DNA from: an uncultured archaeon
GTDB taxonomy: Archaea; Asgardarchaeota; Thorarchaeia; Thorarchaeales; Thorarchaeaceae
Direction of reading: 5' to 3'
Assembly: GCA_964473825.1 (NCBI GenBank)
Contig: CAYYQL010000002.1
Location: 96,001-160,000, forward strand
Length of the DNA: 64,000 bases
Shown: piece by piece, positions 1 to 10,121 of the stretch
How the letters are laid out: each line of letters opens with the position of its first letter
How positions within the stretch are numbered: position 1 is the first letter of the stretch
Made by a program: the position numbers and the translations under genes
The notes under the pieces: generated by a model
What the model was told of the DNA's origin: nothing
The model's input: only the letters and a program-made list of their open reading frames with translations
Databases searched by the model: none

Positions 1-2
1 CA

Positions 3-890
3 GAGACGGCATTGGAGCGCGGCGCAGATATGGTGAATGACGTAACTGGGTTTCAGGGAGATGCAGAGATGATTCACGTGATTCGTGAGTATTCGGTTCC
101 TGCGATAGCCATGGCTCATTGCGAACCAAACAGCCAAACATTGGCTGCCAGCGTAAACGCTCTCAGGAAGAGCCTAGAGATTGCTGAACGGAGTCATGTC
201 GAAACCAGTCAGTTAATACTGGACCCTGGTGTTGGATTTGGAAACCCCACAGAGGTGGATCTTCGAATTATAAGATTCCTTAATCGATTCATAATGCTTG
301 GGAGACCCTTGCTTGTTGGTGTTTCACGAAAGGCCTTTGTTGGAGAGATATTGAATCAGGAACGTCCGGAGGACAGGCTTATTGGTAGCCTTGCGGTCAC
401 AGCAATTGCTGTTTCAAAGGGGGCATCTGTCGTCAGAACTCATGATGTCAGAGAAACAGTGATGCTTCTCAGAATGAGTAACGCAGTAAGAGGGAGAGAG
501 GAGTTGCAGACGGAGAAGGCAGTGTTGCTTGATGTGGAAGATGAATCAGGGATCGAAGTGCTATTGGAACGAGTGGGAACACGAAGCGATGTAAGAAACG
601 CTCTTGCAAAGAAAGGAGTCATGCTGACTCTCCTGTTGAAAGACATGACTGTACCCGGTGCGCTGATCTTGAAGCAGGAGATGCTTGCACTGGGGGGTGA
701 TGCGGCCTACCATCATGATACCATCGACTTTGAGAGGAAGAAGACAGATGTCTTGCTCATGGGTACCGTACTCCAGATTGGTAGACTCTCCTCGAAGATA
801 AGGGGTATGGGCTACTTTGGACTGCCCAAGATTGGGCAAGATTTACAGAGGCTTCTCAAAGAGAGGAAAAAAGAGATGTGTGGAGTATGA
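3..890 (+). CDS. folP: Dihydropteroate synthase (5'-truncated by window) with C-terminal extra domain
   Basis: VNDVTG, ILDPGVGFG, GVSRKAF and VRTHDV TIM-barrel motifs; the last ~120 aa (LILKQEMLALGGDAA) resemble the N-terminal extension of Helicobacter-type FolP. Confidence 0.9.
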   Translation, partial: ETALERGADMVNDVTGFQGDAEMIHVIREYSVPAIAMAHCEPNSQTLAASVNALRKSLEIAERSHVETSQLILDPGVGFGNPTEVDLRIIRFLNRFIMLGRPLLVGVSRKAFVGEILNQERPEDRLIGSLAVTAIAVSKGASVVRTHDVRETVMLLRMSNAVRGREELQTEKAVLLDVEDESGIEVLLERVGTRSDVRNALAKKGVMLTLLLKDMTVPGALILKQEMLALGGDAAYHHDTIDFERKKTDVLLMGTVLQIGRLSSKIRGMGYFGLPKIGQDLQRLLKERKKEMCGV

Positions 891-1600
891 TGGACTGGCG
901 CCAATGGAAACCCATCTATGGAACTATTGTTGAGAGGCTTAGGCTTGATCCAGAAGAGGACAGGAAAGCGACTCGATTGCTGACACACCTGCTCAGGGAA
1001 ACAAGTCCAGACCTGCTGATGCACCGACTCCGAGGGCTGATCAAGGGGCAGAGCGTGATAGTATGTGGTGCAGGGCCGTCATTGGAAAATCATCTTCTTC
1101 GAATCAGTAGTGACTTGGACTTGAAGAAAGCAGTGCTTGTTGCTGCCGATGGTGCTGCAGAGGGGATGGCTTGTTTTGATATGAAACCAGATGTGGTTGT
1201 AACAGATCTTGACGGGGATCGTGGCACACTTCGGCAGTTAGCAGAGAGTGGAGCAGTTGTCATTGTGCATGCACACGGAGACAATATGGCCCTAGTCAGA
1301 CGTATCACTCCCATTCTTCCTCCAGTGCTCGGAAGTACTCAAGTAGAGCCGACAGACAGAGCATTCCTCTGGGGAGGATTCACTGATGGAGATAGGGCAT
1401 GCTATGTGGTGGCAGAGTATGAACCTTCAATGATTATTCTAGCTGGAATGGACTTTGGCGATTACGTCGGAAAATGGTCAAAGCCTGACAGTTTGCAATC
1501 ACAGCTGGCAACTGAAAATAAGAGGGAGAAGCTCAGAATCGGACAGGAACTCCTAGAGCAACTCATTGCATCATCAGGAATCAAATTCACCAAGTTGTGA
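887..1600 (+). CDS. mptE: 6-hydroxymethyl-7,8-dihydropterin pyrophosphokinase (DUF115)
   Basis: GAGPSL, VAADGA, VTDLDG, HAHGDN and GGFTDGDRA motifs; ATGA overlap with folP. Confidence 0.9.
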   Translation: MMDWRQWKPIYGTIVERLRLDPEEDRKATRLLTHLLRETSPDLLMHRLRGLIKGQSVIVCGAGPSLENHLLRISSDLDLKKAVLVAADGAAEGMACFDMKPDVVVTDLDGDRGTLRQLAESGAVVIVHAHGDNMALVRRITPILPPVLGSTQVEPTDRAFLWGGFTDGDRACYVVAEYEPSMIILAGMDFGDYVGKWSKPDSLQSQLATENKREKLRIGQELLEQLIASSGIKFTKL

Positions 1601-1624
1601 GAGTACCCATGTGGGCCCTCTTCC

Positions 1625-2038
1625 TCAATACTTCATTCCAAAGAGGTACGTGATGATAAGGAAAGCAGAACCTGCGAGTATCGCTCCCAGTATCATCAGT
1701 CGGGAAGCATAGCCAGGCTGGAGTACATACTTGGATGAATAGTAGACTAGTCCAAGACCTAGGGTGCCCATGAAGAAAACCACTGCGGTAACGATGCCCT
1801 CCATACCAAGCTGAGCTTCAGGAGTTGGAGCAATCAGAATGGGTGTGCCACCAGAACCAGTAGCAATAGGCGGCGGGTTCCTGACAAGTGTGTATATATT
1901 CCCTCCAAGCACGAAGAGGACTACTATGAACATAATGCCGAATATGACAATGTCAGGCGGACGGGTCGGTGAAGTGAAACGCGGCCTCGTTAGTCTGACT
2001 CTTGGCTTGACAATGAACCGTAGCCACCGTTGGGTCAC
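1625..2038 (-). CDS. OSTC/DC2-like (OST3/OST6 family) oligosaccharyltransferase accessory subunit
   Basis: Three TM helices; GGNIY..V.NPP and Q..MEG.....F.MG.LG match the eukaryotic DC2 pattern as recalled. Confidence 0.75.
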   Translation of the reverse strand: MTQRWLRFIVKPRVRLTRPRFTSPTRPPDIVIFGIMFIVVLFVLGGNIYTLVRNPPPIATGSGGTPILIAPTPEAQLGMEGIVTAVVFFMGTLGLGLVYYSSKYVLQPGYASRLMILGAILAGSAFLIITYLFGMKY

Positions 2039-2193
2039 TTTCTTGTTACCTCAGCGCATTTCTTTGGAGGTCCTCTTTTAAGACTATCGCGGTATGCACG
2101 GATGTACTAGAGCCGTCGGCTACCAACAGATAAATTTAGCGAATATCAAGTGAAGAAAGCTTACACTGAGAGTGAACTATACTGTCCAAGATA

Positions 2194-4284
2194 ATGGTGA
2201 TTTCAGAAAAACCAATGGCTGCCAGGAAGATAGCAGACGCCCTTGATGAATCCGGAGCACCGCAAGAAATCAAGAAAGGAAAGAGCTCCTATTTTCAATG
2301 TAAGAGGGGCAATGATGAGTTACTTGTCGTCTATGCATTGGGTCATCTGTATGAACTCAAGCAAACTGAGAAGGGATGGAAATATCCGAGACTGGAGACC
2401 AAGTGGGTTCCTAAGTACGAAGTTGATAAGAAGGCTAAGAATGTCAAACCCATCATCTCCCTCATCAAGAAGCTGTCATCGGAAGTGGAGAAGTACGTTG
2501 TGGCAACCGACTATGATGTCGAGGGGAGTCTCATCGGTTATCTCACGCTCAGATACGCATGCAAGAGCGATGTTGAGAAGGCAAAACGAATGCGATTCTC
2601 AACTCTTACTAAGAGAGACCTGCAGGTGTCCTACGATGAGCAGCTTAGCAGCCTCAATCTCCCAATGATAGAGTCAGGACATGTGAGGCATGAGATCGAC
2701 TGGTTATATGGCATAAACCTGACCCGTGCTCTTACACTGGCAATCAAAAATGCTGCGGGCTGGTTCAAGATAGTATCCACAGGCAGAGTACAAGGCCCGA
2801 CACTTGCTTTTGTAGCTGAGCGGGACCAAGAAGTGAATGTCTTTGTGCCACTGCCCTACTGGATGATAAGGGCCACCGGATTGTATGAAAAAGTGGAGCT
2901 GGAACTTGAATACTCAAAGAAGAGGATTGACCAGAAGACTGAGGCTGAGAAGATTGTTGCAGCAGTCAAAGGAAGAACAGCAGTAGTCCAAGACATCAAG
3001 AAGAGAGAGATATCTCAGTCACCTCCGCCCCCCTTCAACCTGAGTTCGCTTCAATCTGAGGCTTATCGACACTTCGGCTTCAAGCCAAGCCGCACACTCG
3101 CGATTGCCCAGAAGCTGTATCTTGATGCACTCATCTCCTATCCACGAACAAGCAGTCAAAGAATACCAGAGAGTGTGGATGTCAGGAACATTCTCGAATT
3201 GCTCGGAAAAACGAGAAACTACAAAAGTATTGTGAACGCCATAGTGACTGCTGGGAACTTGGTGCCACAGCAGGGGGAGAAGTCGGATCCAGCACATCCA
3301 GCCATTCATCCAACAGGGGAGAAGGCAACAAGAAAGCTCACCTCTGCCGAGAAGCAATTATACGATTTAGTGGTCAGAAGATTCTTGGCTGCATTTGGAG
3401 AGAACTCGGTAAGACAGTCCATTAGGGCCGATATTCATTGTGAGGAACATCTCTTCTACCTGAGGGGGATAAAGACGCTGATTGAAGGTTGGACAGAATT
3501 CTACGGTCAGTATGCCTCCCGAGAGGAGAGGAAATTACCACCATTGGCCGTAGGTAGCAAGATACAGATTTCTCTAGTTCAGGACGAGGAGAAGAGGACT
3601 CCACCACCATCGCGATATAATCCTTCGAGCCTGCTCAAGACTCTCGAAAAAGAGGACTTAGGCACGAAGGCGACTAGATCAGGAATAGTTGACTCGTTAA
3701 AATCACGCGGGTACGTTCTCAATGACAAGTTTGAGGTGTCGACCCTAGGATATGCTGCTTATGAAACCCTCCAGCGCTATGTTCCGGAACTACTGTCAAC
3801 GGACTTCACCCGAAGACTTGAACAGCAGATGGAAGAGATTCGAGAGGGAGGATGTAGCCGAGAACAGGTCTTAGCCAATGCCAAGGAGGATCTCGCGGGG
3901 TTGTTGAAAACGTTCAGCGATCAGGAGGAGAGAATTGGGCAAGATCTTGTTGCAGGGTTGAAACGCTACTGGAGAGAGAAGGAGGAGATTGGGCCATGTC
4001 CAAAGTGTGATGACGGAACGCTCATCATCATCCGCTCACCAAAGAGTGGAAAACGCTTTGTCGGTTGTTCGAATTACCGTAAGACAGGTTGTGATCAGAC
4101 CTATCCGTTGCCTCAGAAAGGATCGATACAACCTCTTGAGAAGAAATGTGAGTACTGTGGTCAGGCTATGCTCAGGGTGAGTTCAAGAAGACGCTCATGG
4201 GAGACCTGTGTGAACTGGGCTGACTGCCCGGGCAGACAAGAGGCCCTTGAGGAACTAGAGAAGAGGAGGAAAGGCAGTGAATAG
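2194..4284 (+). CDS. topA: DNA topoisomerase IA
   Basis: TOPRIM SEKP and ATDYDVEG, GRVQGPTL, catalytic ISYPRT, C-terminal Zn ribbons. Confidence 0.95.
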   Translation: MVISEKPMAARKIADALDESGAPQEIKKGKSSYFQCKRGNDELLVVYALGHLYELKQTEKGWKYPRLETKWVPKYEVDKKAKNVKPIISLIKKLSSEVEKYVVATDYDVEGSLIGYLTLRYACKSDVEKAKRMRFSTLTKRDLQVSYDEQLSSLNLPMIESGHVRHEIDWLYGINLTRALTLAIKNAAGWFKIVSTGRVQGPTLAFVAERDQEVNVFVPLPYWMIRATGLYEKVELELEYSKKRIDQKTEAEKIVAAVKGRTAVVQDIKKREISQSPPPPFNLSSLQSEAYRHFGFKPSRTLAIAQKLYLDALISYPRTSSQRIPESVDVRNILELLGKTRNYKSIVNAIVTAGNLVPQQGEKSDPAHPAIHPTGEKATRKLTSAEKQLYDLVVRRFLAAFGENSVRQSIRADIHCEEHLFYLRGIKTLIEGWTEFYGQYASREERKLPPLAVGSKIQISLVQDEEKRTPPPSRYNPSSLLKTLEKEDLGTKATRSGIVDSLKSRGYVLNDKFEVSTLGYAAYETLQRYVPELLSTDFTRRLEQQMEEIREGGCSREQVLANAKEDLAGLLKTFSDQEERIGQDLVAGLKRYWREKEEIGPCPKCDDGTLIIIRSPKSGKRFVGCSNYRKTGCDQTYPLPQKGSIQPLEKKCEYCGQAMLRVSSRRRSWETCVNWADCPGRQEALEELEKRRKGSE

Positions 4285-4543
4285 TCAAGAGAAACCGCCA
4301 CAAGAGCACTGTTCCGTCTGCGGAAGACCAACGAAATCGTTCTTCTTCTGTGAGTACCATGAAACTGCACTTCATAACCTGAGAAACGCCTTCGTGACCT
4401 GGCAAGGCGCCCTGTCTATTGATTGGGCAACATTCTTGGAAATAGTACAAGAGGCTGATGAAACAGGCGACTGGGTACTTGAGGTTATTGAATTCATCAG
4501 GTCAGAAGACGTTCCTTTAGAGTTGAAACAACCTCCAACATAG
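4277..4543 (+). CDS. Small Zn-finger protein coupled to topA
   Basis: CSVC...CEYH; overlaps the topA stop. Confidence 0.65.
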   Translation: MNSQEKPPQEHCSVCGRPTKSFFFCEYHETALHNLRNAFVTWQGALSIDWATFLEIVQEADETGDWVLEVIEFIRSEDVPLELKQPPT

Positions 4544-4838
4544 ACGCACGATCGAATTCACTGACAGCAACGATTGCCATGCATGGCTGACCAGTCCACG
4601 CACTGAGACGTTCCGCAATGGTCCGAACTAGAGTGGTATCGATACCCATGGTGAACAGTCCGGTAGAAGTTGGCCCAGAATGACCTGTGCTCGACGGGAT
4701 AGCAACTGCAGAGGGGCCAATCTTGTATTTATTCGAATCGGATATCATGACCATAAGGCCGTTCTCCAGCTCCATCACGCGAAAAAGGAGTCTTCCCTTA
4801 CTAGTTTCTGCTGTGAAATCACTGATGTTACTCGGCAA
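4497..4838 (-). CDS. Proteasome assembly chaperone PAC4-like protein
   Basis: F.VMEL.NGL.V.I...AVAIP....PTSTGL.....AERLS..T.QP follows the PSMG4 pattern; TTG start inferred. Confidence 0.6.
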   Translation of the reverse strand: MPSNISDFTAETSKGRLLFRVMELENGLMVMISDSNKYKIGPSAVAIPSSTGHSGPTSTGLFTMGIDTTLVRTIAERLSAWTGQPCMAIVAVSEFDRASMLEVVSTLKERLLT

Positions 4839-5024
4839 CTCAATCAACTCGTTCTGGATTCGCCCACAGAGGAATATCAGAGAGACTGCAAATAAACTAG
4901 CAGGATTTACGGCAGCCATGCCTGAGCTAGACAGATTTGAGTGCCTATCAGAGGGCTCAGATGCCTGTCTAACTCACTGAATGGTATGGACTGATAGAAC
5001 AACAGTATTATCAAGCTCGGTTAT

Positions 5025-6989
5025 TTGAGTGGCGTTGGAAAGAAGATGAGTCAGCAGGAACTATCCTATGAAGATTTCTTCCCTTATGCCTCCAAGAGGG
5101 CTGGACAGGCAGACATGATGAACAGGATAGAGGACTGTGTACGTGCAGGAACAAACATACTCTGCGAGGCGCCAAATGGATTCGGAAAGACATGTGCCAC
5201 TTTGTGTGCTATTCTACCGTGGGCCCAGAAACATAGGGGGAAGGTCCTCTATTGCGCGCGAACACATAGACAGCTGGACCGCGTTGTTGAAGAACTTGGC
5301 CAGATTGAAAAAACGAAAAATGTTTCGGGACTGTCATTCCGTGGACGAAGCCATATGTGCATCAACAAGTTCGTGCTTGATAATGCGGATATGATAGTTT
5401 CAGTCAGCGAGATGTGCCAACAACTGAAAGCAGATGGCAAATGTGCCTTCTATGAGAAGACCCGGAAACTTGGTGACCCAGAGGTCCTTCTTACAGACAT
5501 GCCGAAGAAGATTCTGACTGCACCTGAGATAGCCATGATTGCAAGAAAACGAGGCTTATGCCCATACGAGCTGGCGAAAAGACTTGCAAGAGCTGTCGAT
5601 GTGATAGCTCTTTCATACCTCTATGTATTTGACCCCTCCATTAGAGAAACCTTCATACCGGAGCTAGATTTTCCCATGTCTCGGGCAGTGCTTGTTCAAG
5701 ATGAGGCGCACAACGTCCCATCCACTGCACTCGACTCAGCAAGTGAAAAGTTGACTCTGGGAACAATCCGTCAAGCAATGCGCGAAGGGCGCACCTACAA
5801 CGATCAAGTAACCTATGACTTCTGCAGAGCCCTTGCACAGTCTATCATCGATATATCAGCGGGTATCTCAAATAACGATGAAATGATTGTGAATTCAGTT
5901 GGTATCTACGAGAAGGCAGTGGAGGAATCGGGAATTGGGGATGCAACTCATCCGTTGACACATATGAACGAATTGGGTGCCAATATTAGGAAGAATCAAC
6001 TTCGCCATGGTAAACCGCCAAGATCAGCAATATACCGTGTCGCCGATTTCATGATTAACTGGCTGGACCATTCTGACAGAAATGACTATGCATTTGTGCT
6101 TTCATCTGAGCTTAGAAGATTTCAGAGTAGAAGAATTGCCCTAGAAAGAGTAGCACTTGACCCCACCGCGGTCACTATTCCCCTGCTTCGATTCCTTCGT
6201 TGTTCTGTTGCCGTGTCGGGTACGGCATCGCCGCTCTCTGCATATGCTGAAATGCTTGGATTTTGCGAAGACTCTGCGCAGGTGTCCTTTCGTAGCCCGT
6301 TTAGTGATCAGACGAGGATTGGAGTTGTTGTGGAAGGGGTGGACACATCCTATAACGCGCGTTCTGATGAGATGTTCACAAGGATGGTTGAGCATTGTGC
6401 TGTAGTAGTGGAAGGAACTCCCGGAAATACGGGAATCTTTACGACCAGTTACGGAATAGCTGCAGCCCTTCGAAAGGCAGGCTTGGAACGAAGAGTTTCA
6501 AAGAAGTTGTTCTTGGAAAAGCAGGGAGCTGCAGGAAAAGAGAATGACAAGATGATTGAAGAATTCAAGCTCCAAGGACAGAGTGGTGGTGCGGTGCTCT
6601 TAGGAGTACAAGGGGGTAGGAACTCAGAGGGGGGAGATTTCCCGGGCCCCACAATGGAGAGTGTTGTAGTTGTGGGGGTTCCTTATGCTAGACCTACTCC
6701 ACGGACTGAGGCTCTGATTTCCTACTATGACACACGTTTCAATGGCCGAGGGAGGGACTATGCATATGTTCTCCCTGCGATGACAAGATCCATTCAGACT
6801 GCAGGGAGACCCGTTAGAAGACTTGATGATCGTGGAGTGATAGTCTTACTGGATCAGAGGTTCAACACGCCCTATCTCAAGAGGTTCATGCCACCTTGGC
6901 TTGGGGAGATAGTTCATAGTATTCCAGATAGTCCAGCAATGCTCTCTTCTATAGTGACAGAATTTTTCAGAGGGGCACATGAGGAGTGA
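5025..6989 (+). CDS. xpd: XPD/Rad3 Fe-S DNA helicase
   Basis: APNGFGKT, Fe-S cysteines including CPY, DEAHN, SGT, SEGGDF, QTAGRPVR. Confidence 0.9.
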   Translation: MSGVGKKMSQQELSYEDFFPYASKRAGQADMMNRIEDCVRAGTNILCEAPNGFGKTCATLCAILPWAQKHRGKVLYCARTHRQLDRVVEELGQIEKTKNVSGLSFRGRSHMCINKFVLDNADMIVSVSEMCQQLKADGKCAFYEKTRKLGDPEVLLTDMPKKILTAPEIAMIARKRGLCPYELAKRLARAVDVIALSYLYVFDPSIRETFIPELDFPMSRAVLVQDEAHNVPSTALDSASEKLTLGTIRQAMREGRTYNDQVTYDFCRALAQSIIDISAGISNNDEMIVNSVGIYEKAVEESGIGDATHPLTHMNELGANIRKNQLRHGKPPRSAIYRVADFMINWLDHSDRNDYAFVLSSELRRFQSRRIALERVALDPTAVTIPLLRFLRCSVAVSGTASPLSAYAEMLGFCEDSAQVSFRSPFSDQTRIGVVVEGVDTSYNARSDEMFTRMVEHCAVVVEGTPGNTGIFTTSYGIAAALRKAGLERRVSKKLFLEKQGAAGKENDKMIEEFKLQGQSGGAVLLGVQGGRNSEGGDFPGPTMESVVVVGVPYARPTPRTEALISYYDTRFNGRGRDYAYVLPAMTRSIQTAGRPVRRLDDRGVIVLLDQRFNTPYLKRFMPPWLGEIVHSIPDSPAMLSSIVTEFFRGAHEE

Positions 6990-7743
6990 TAATCTCCTCT
7001 AGTGAGAGTGTGCCTGATAGTAGTTCTTCTGCTTCGCCTGTTGATATCTCAATACGTCCATTGGTTAGTCTGCTGACGAGCCGCTTGAGCGAACGGATAT
7101 AACCAGTCCTTGGTTCCAGCTGCAGACTTGCAGATGTAATCGACTCGCCAGGTCTGAGGGCGATGAGCATAGCCGACGATATATCCGCATCAGGGCCTTT
7201 GGTAATGGTGGTATGATGCTCGTCTACCAGTTCGATATCAGTCGATGATTTGGCATCCAGTATCGGTCGAACAACAAGCACTCTATAGAGGGGGGATCCT
7301 GACCCTACTCGGACTAAAAAACGGCACTCGGGATAGGTTTCCGAGATGTAATTGTTCCAGCCAGATACGATATCAGCAGCCCTCAGAGGGGATCGAGTAA
7401 CATGTGTCGATACCGCCCTCTCATCCATATTCAGTGCAAGACCGTATCTGAAACCGGGGTCAATGCCTGCAACGACCAACGATGGCGCGGAGATATCATT
7501 CAGTCGCATAAGAATCTCGATTCGTACTTGTTCCTCATCTGGTATCTCTCCGAGTAGAACAAGACGCGGATCGGACAAATCTGGCGCTTCGTCTTGAGTA
7601 GACAAGAGAACCTTGGTCAGAGTGCAGGCCTCATCATCGGGGGTACAGACTATGGAAGAGAGCTCAAGTTTCTTGAGAATCTCCAGAGTCAAATAGAGAG
7701 TCTTGGGTTTTTCCGTAGCAACAGCAATCTCTGGATGTGACAT
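6967..7743 (-). CDS. RNase H-fold (YqgF/RuvX-like) putative nuclease
   Basis: GIDPG..YGLA, VG.G, LVDE..TT and D..SA..IA motifs. Confidence 0.55.
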   Translation of the reverse strand: MSHPEIAVATEKPKTLYLTLEILKKLELSSIVCTPDDEACTLTKVLLSTQDEAPDLSDPRLVLLGEIPDEEQVRIEILMRLNDISAPSLVVAGIDPGFRYGLALNMDERAVSTHVTRSPLRAADIVSGWNNYISETYPECRFLVRVGSGSPLYRVLVVRPILDAKSSTDIELVDEHHTTITKGPDADISSAMLIALRPGESITSASLQLEPRTGYIRSLKRLVSRLTNGRIEISTGEAEELLSGTLSLEEIITPHVPL

Positions 7744-7789
7744 GCTCTATTTTTCCTCTCTTGAGCTAACCTTATCACTCTGATGATAT

Positions 7790-8503
7790 ATGCCGCTTGT
7801 GGTGATATTATCTTTGACTCTTCCGTCGAGAATCTCAAGACTTGATTTGATGCTCGGGGGTGGCATTCGCACAGGTGATATCACACATGTCTACGGAATG
7901 GCAGGTTCGGGAAAGACAACTCTAGCACTTGAATTCGTCTTGTCAGCTGTTCGAATGAACTATCACACAATATACGTGAACTCGGAGGGGTCTTCGCCAA
8001 TTGAGAGAATAGAACAGATGTCTGGAAGTCCCTACCACGAGCTTGTGGACTCTATCAACATCATTGTGCCCAAGGACTTTGGAGAACAAGGAGGAATCAT
8101 CGAGGATCTTAATCTATATGCCCCAAAGACTACACGACTCATCGTGGTTGATACGCTGACACGGTTGTACAGGGCCTCATTGGATGATAAGAAGACGAAT
8201 TACGCTGCACATAGAGAACTGAACAGACAGGCAGGCTTCCTGAAGGGGATTGCCAAGCAAAGGGATATTGCGATTTTGGTTTTGAATCAAGTCAGAGCCA
8301 AACTAGATGGTTCTGACGATTTCGAGCCTGTGGCAAGAAATATCATGGAATACTGGTCAGACGTGACATTGAAAGTGTTGATTGGAGAAACAGAGGCTGA
8401 GAGACTGATAAAGAGAACCGACTTCCCGTCAGATAAACCCTGTGTAAGAGTTACAATCCAGAATCAAGGATTGGTCGCCGAAGATAACACACAACAAGAG
8501 TGA
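7790..8503 (+). CDS. radB: RadB-type RecA/Rad51 paralog
   Basis: LD.MLGGG, GMAGSGKT, LIVVD, NQVR; no N-terminal HhH domain. Confidence 0.8.
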   Translation: MPLVVILSLTLPSRISRLDLMLGGGIRTGDITHVYGMAGSGKTTLALEFVLSAVRMNYHTIYVNSEGSSPIERIEQMSGSPYHELVDSINIIVPKDFGEQGGIIEDLNLYAPKTTRLIVVDTLTRLYRASLDDKKTNYAAHRELNRQAGFLKGIAKQRDIAILVLNQVRAKLDGSDDFEPVARNIMEYWSDVTLKVLIGETEAERLIKRTDFPSDKPCVRVTIQNQGLVAEDNTQQE

Positions 8504-8542
8504 AAAACATAGAATCAGGAAACGGAAAGGGAGCGCCACCAG

Positions 8543-9103
8543 ATGTACGAGGAAATAGTAATCATCGAGCTAGCTCTGTGGCTGGGCTTACCCGCTTGGA
8601 TAGCCAATTCTACTCCGGTGATCTTTGGGGGTGGCACTCCTATTGATAGAGAAAAAACACTCAGTGATGGACGAAGAATACTGGGGGATGGAAAGACCCT
8701 TCGCGGGTTCGTCGCAGGGGTTCTATGTGGAACTCTTACGGGGGTAGTACAGATCTCCATCGCGCCACTTCTTTTCCCGGTACTTTCCAACTATGTGATT
8801 GTCACATCAATCATGGAAGAGATTCTCTTCATGTCAGTACCCATTGTTGTGTTGCTCTCAGTGGGAGCCCTTCTTGGGGATATGATAGGGTCGTTTCTCA
8901 AGAGGAGAGTTGGACTTCAGAGGGGAGGGCCTGCACCTGTACTAGATCAGCTCGGGTTCATCATTGCAGCACTTGCATTAGCCTCTCCATTCATACAACC
9001 TAGTGCCATTTACGTCATTGTGCTCGTTTCCGTGACCCTGCTAGCACACTGGATAACGAATGTACTGGGATACCTTCTGGGCCTGAAAGAGAATCCTTGG
9101 TGA
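8543..9103 (+). CDS. carS: CDP-archaeol synthase
   Basis: PAWIANS.PV..GGG.PID, GDGKT.RG, GD..GSF.KRR, LDQL. Confidence 0.92.
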   Translation: MYEEIVIIELALWLGLPAWIANSTPVIFGGGTPIDREKTLSDGRRILGDGKTLRGFVAGVLCGTLTGVVQISIAPLLFPVLSNYVIVTSIMEEILFMSVPIVVLLSVGALLGDMIGSFLKRRVGLQRGGPAPVLDQLGFIIAALALASPFIQPSAIYVIVLVSVTLLAHWITNVLGYLLGLKENPW

Positions 9104-9269
9104 AAAGGAATACCTGAAAGAAGCGTACAGATGTGCAGCTAAGCCCAAGGATAGATTAAAAAGGTCGGCGAGTGCCCTTAACTCATTCTGTTGCGTCGGC
9201 TAAGACCAGAGTGTCCCAGCAGAGTTTAATCGACCCACTAAATTTCTCAGTACCGGAGTCGCTTCAACA

Positions 9270-10121
9270 ATGAAGGTATCAGATTGCATGCAGTCAGACA
9301 TAGTCTATGTGTCCGTTCCTGGCACGAGAGAAGACGTTCTGCAGATTATGGCGGAACAAGAAATCATGGGCTTGCCAGTAGTGAAGAAGGGAACCAAGAA
9401 ACTCGTGGGAATTGTGACTAGGACTGACCTATTAAAGAAGGCAGATGAGAATCAACTGGCCATGTTGATGGTGCGAGACCCAAAGACCGTCACCCCACGA
9501 ACGGAGATTAAGACAGCCGCAAAGATGATGTTAGAGAACGACTTCCGCAGACTCCCAGTTGTTGATAATGACGAATTGGTTGGGCTCATCACTATAGCCG
9601 ATATTTTGGGTGCTGTATTGGTAGGCAATGATGAATTTGAGCAGATGGATGTACGCGATTTCGTGAAGAAACAAGTTAATGCGGTCTGGGAAGAAACCCC
9701 CTTGCCGCTTTCGTATCTCATCATGGAAATGGCAGATGTTACGAGTTTAGTGGTACTGAATGCTGCCGGGGGAATCACAGGGATGATTTCTGTTAGCGAT
9801 TTCGTGCGCCTATCTGAAGTGACCATAGAAGACAATATCTCGAAGACATATAGCGGCTCTGATAGCGCGGCGGACTGGGGCTGGACGTCAAAGGACTTCC
9901 TAGTTGTAACTAAGAAACTGCTGAAACTGCCAAATGTGCCCATAGGAGCCATTATGACCAAGAACATAATCACAGTGAGTGAGGTCACAACTGTTTCGGA
10001 ATGTGTTCAGATACTTAGAAAGAATAACATTGACCAAGCACCAGCTATTTCAGCCACGGGTAACCTCATTGGTATGATTGAAGACAGAAGTCTGCTGCAG
10101 CTAGCGCTCGAGCATTCTTGA
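9270..10121 (+). CDS. Tandem CBS-domain protein
   Basis: Four CBS repeats (LPVV...LVGI.T..D). Confidence 0.9.
   Translation: MKVSDCMQSDIVYVSVPGTREDVLQIMAEQEIMGLPVVKKGTKKLVGIVTRTDLLKKADENQLAMLMVRDPKTVTPRTEIKTAAKMMLENDFRRLPVVDNDELVGLITIADILGAVLVGNDEFEQMDVRDFVKKQVNAVWEETPLPLSYLIMEMADVTSLVVLNAAGGITGMISVSDFVRLSEVTIEDNISKTYSGSDSAADWGWTSKDFLVVTKKLLKLPNVPIGAIMTKNIITVSEVTTVSECVQILRKNNIDQAPAISATGNLIGMIEDRSLLQLALEHS

Noticed and set aside
9163-9235. Riboswitch upstream of the CBS protein
   Set aside because: Some pairing (TTCTGTTG/CAGCAGAG) but no recognisable aptamer consensus
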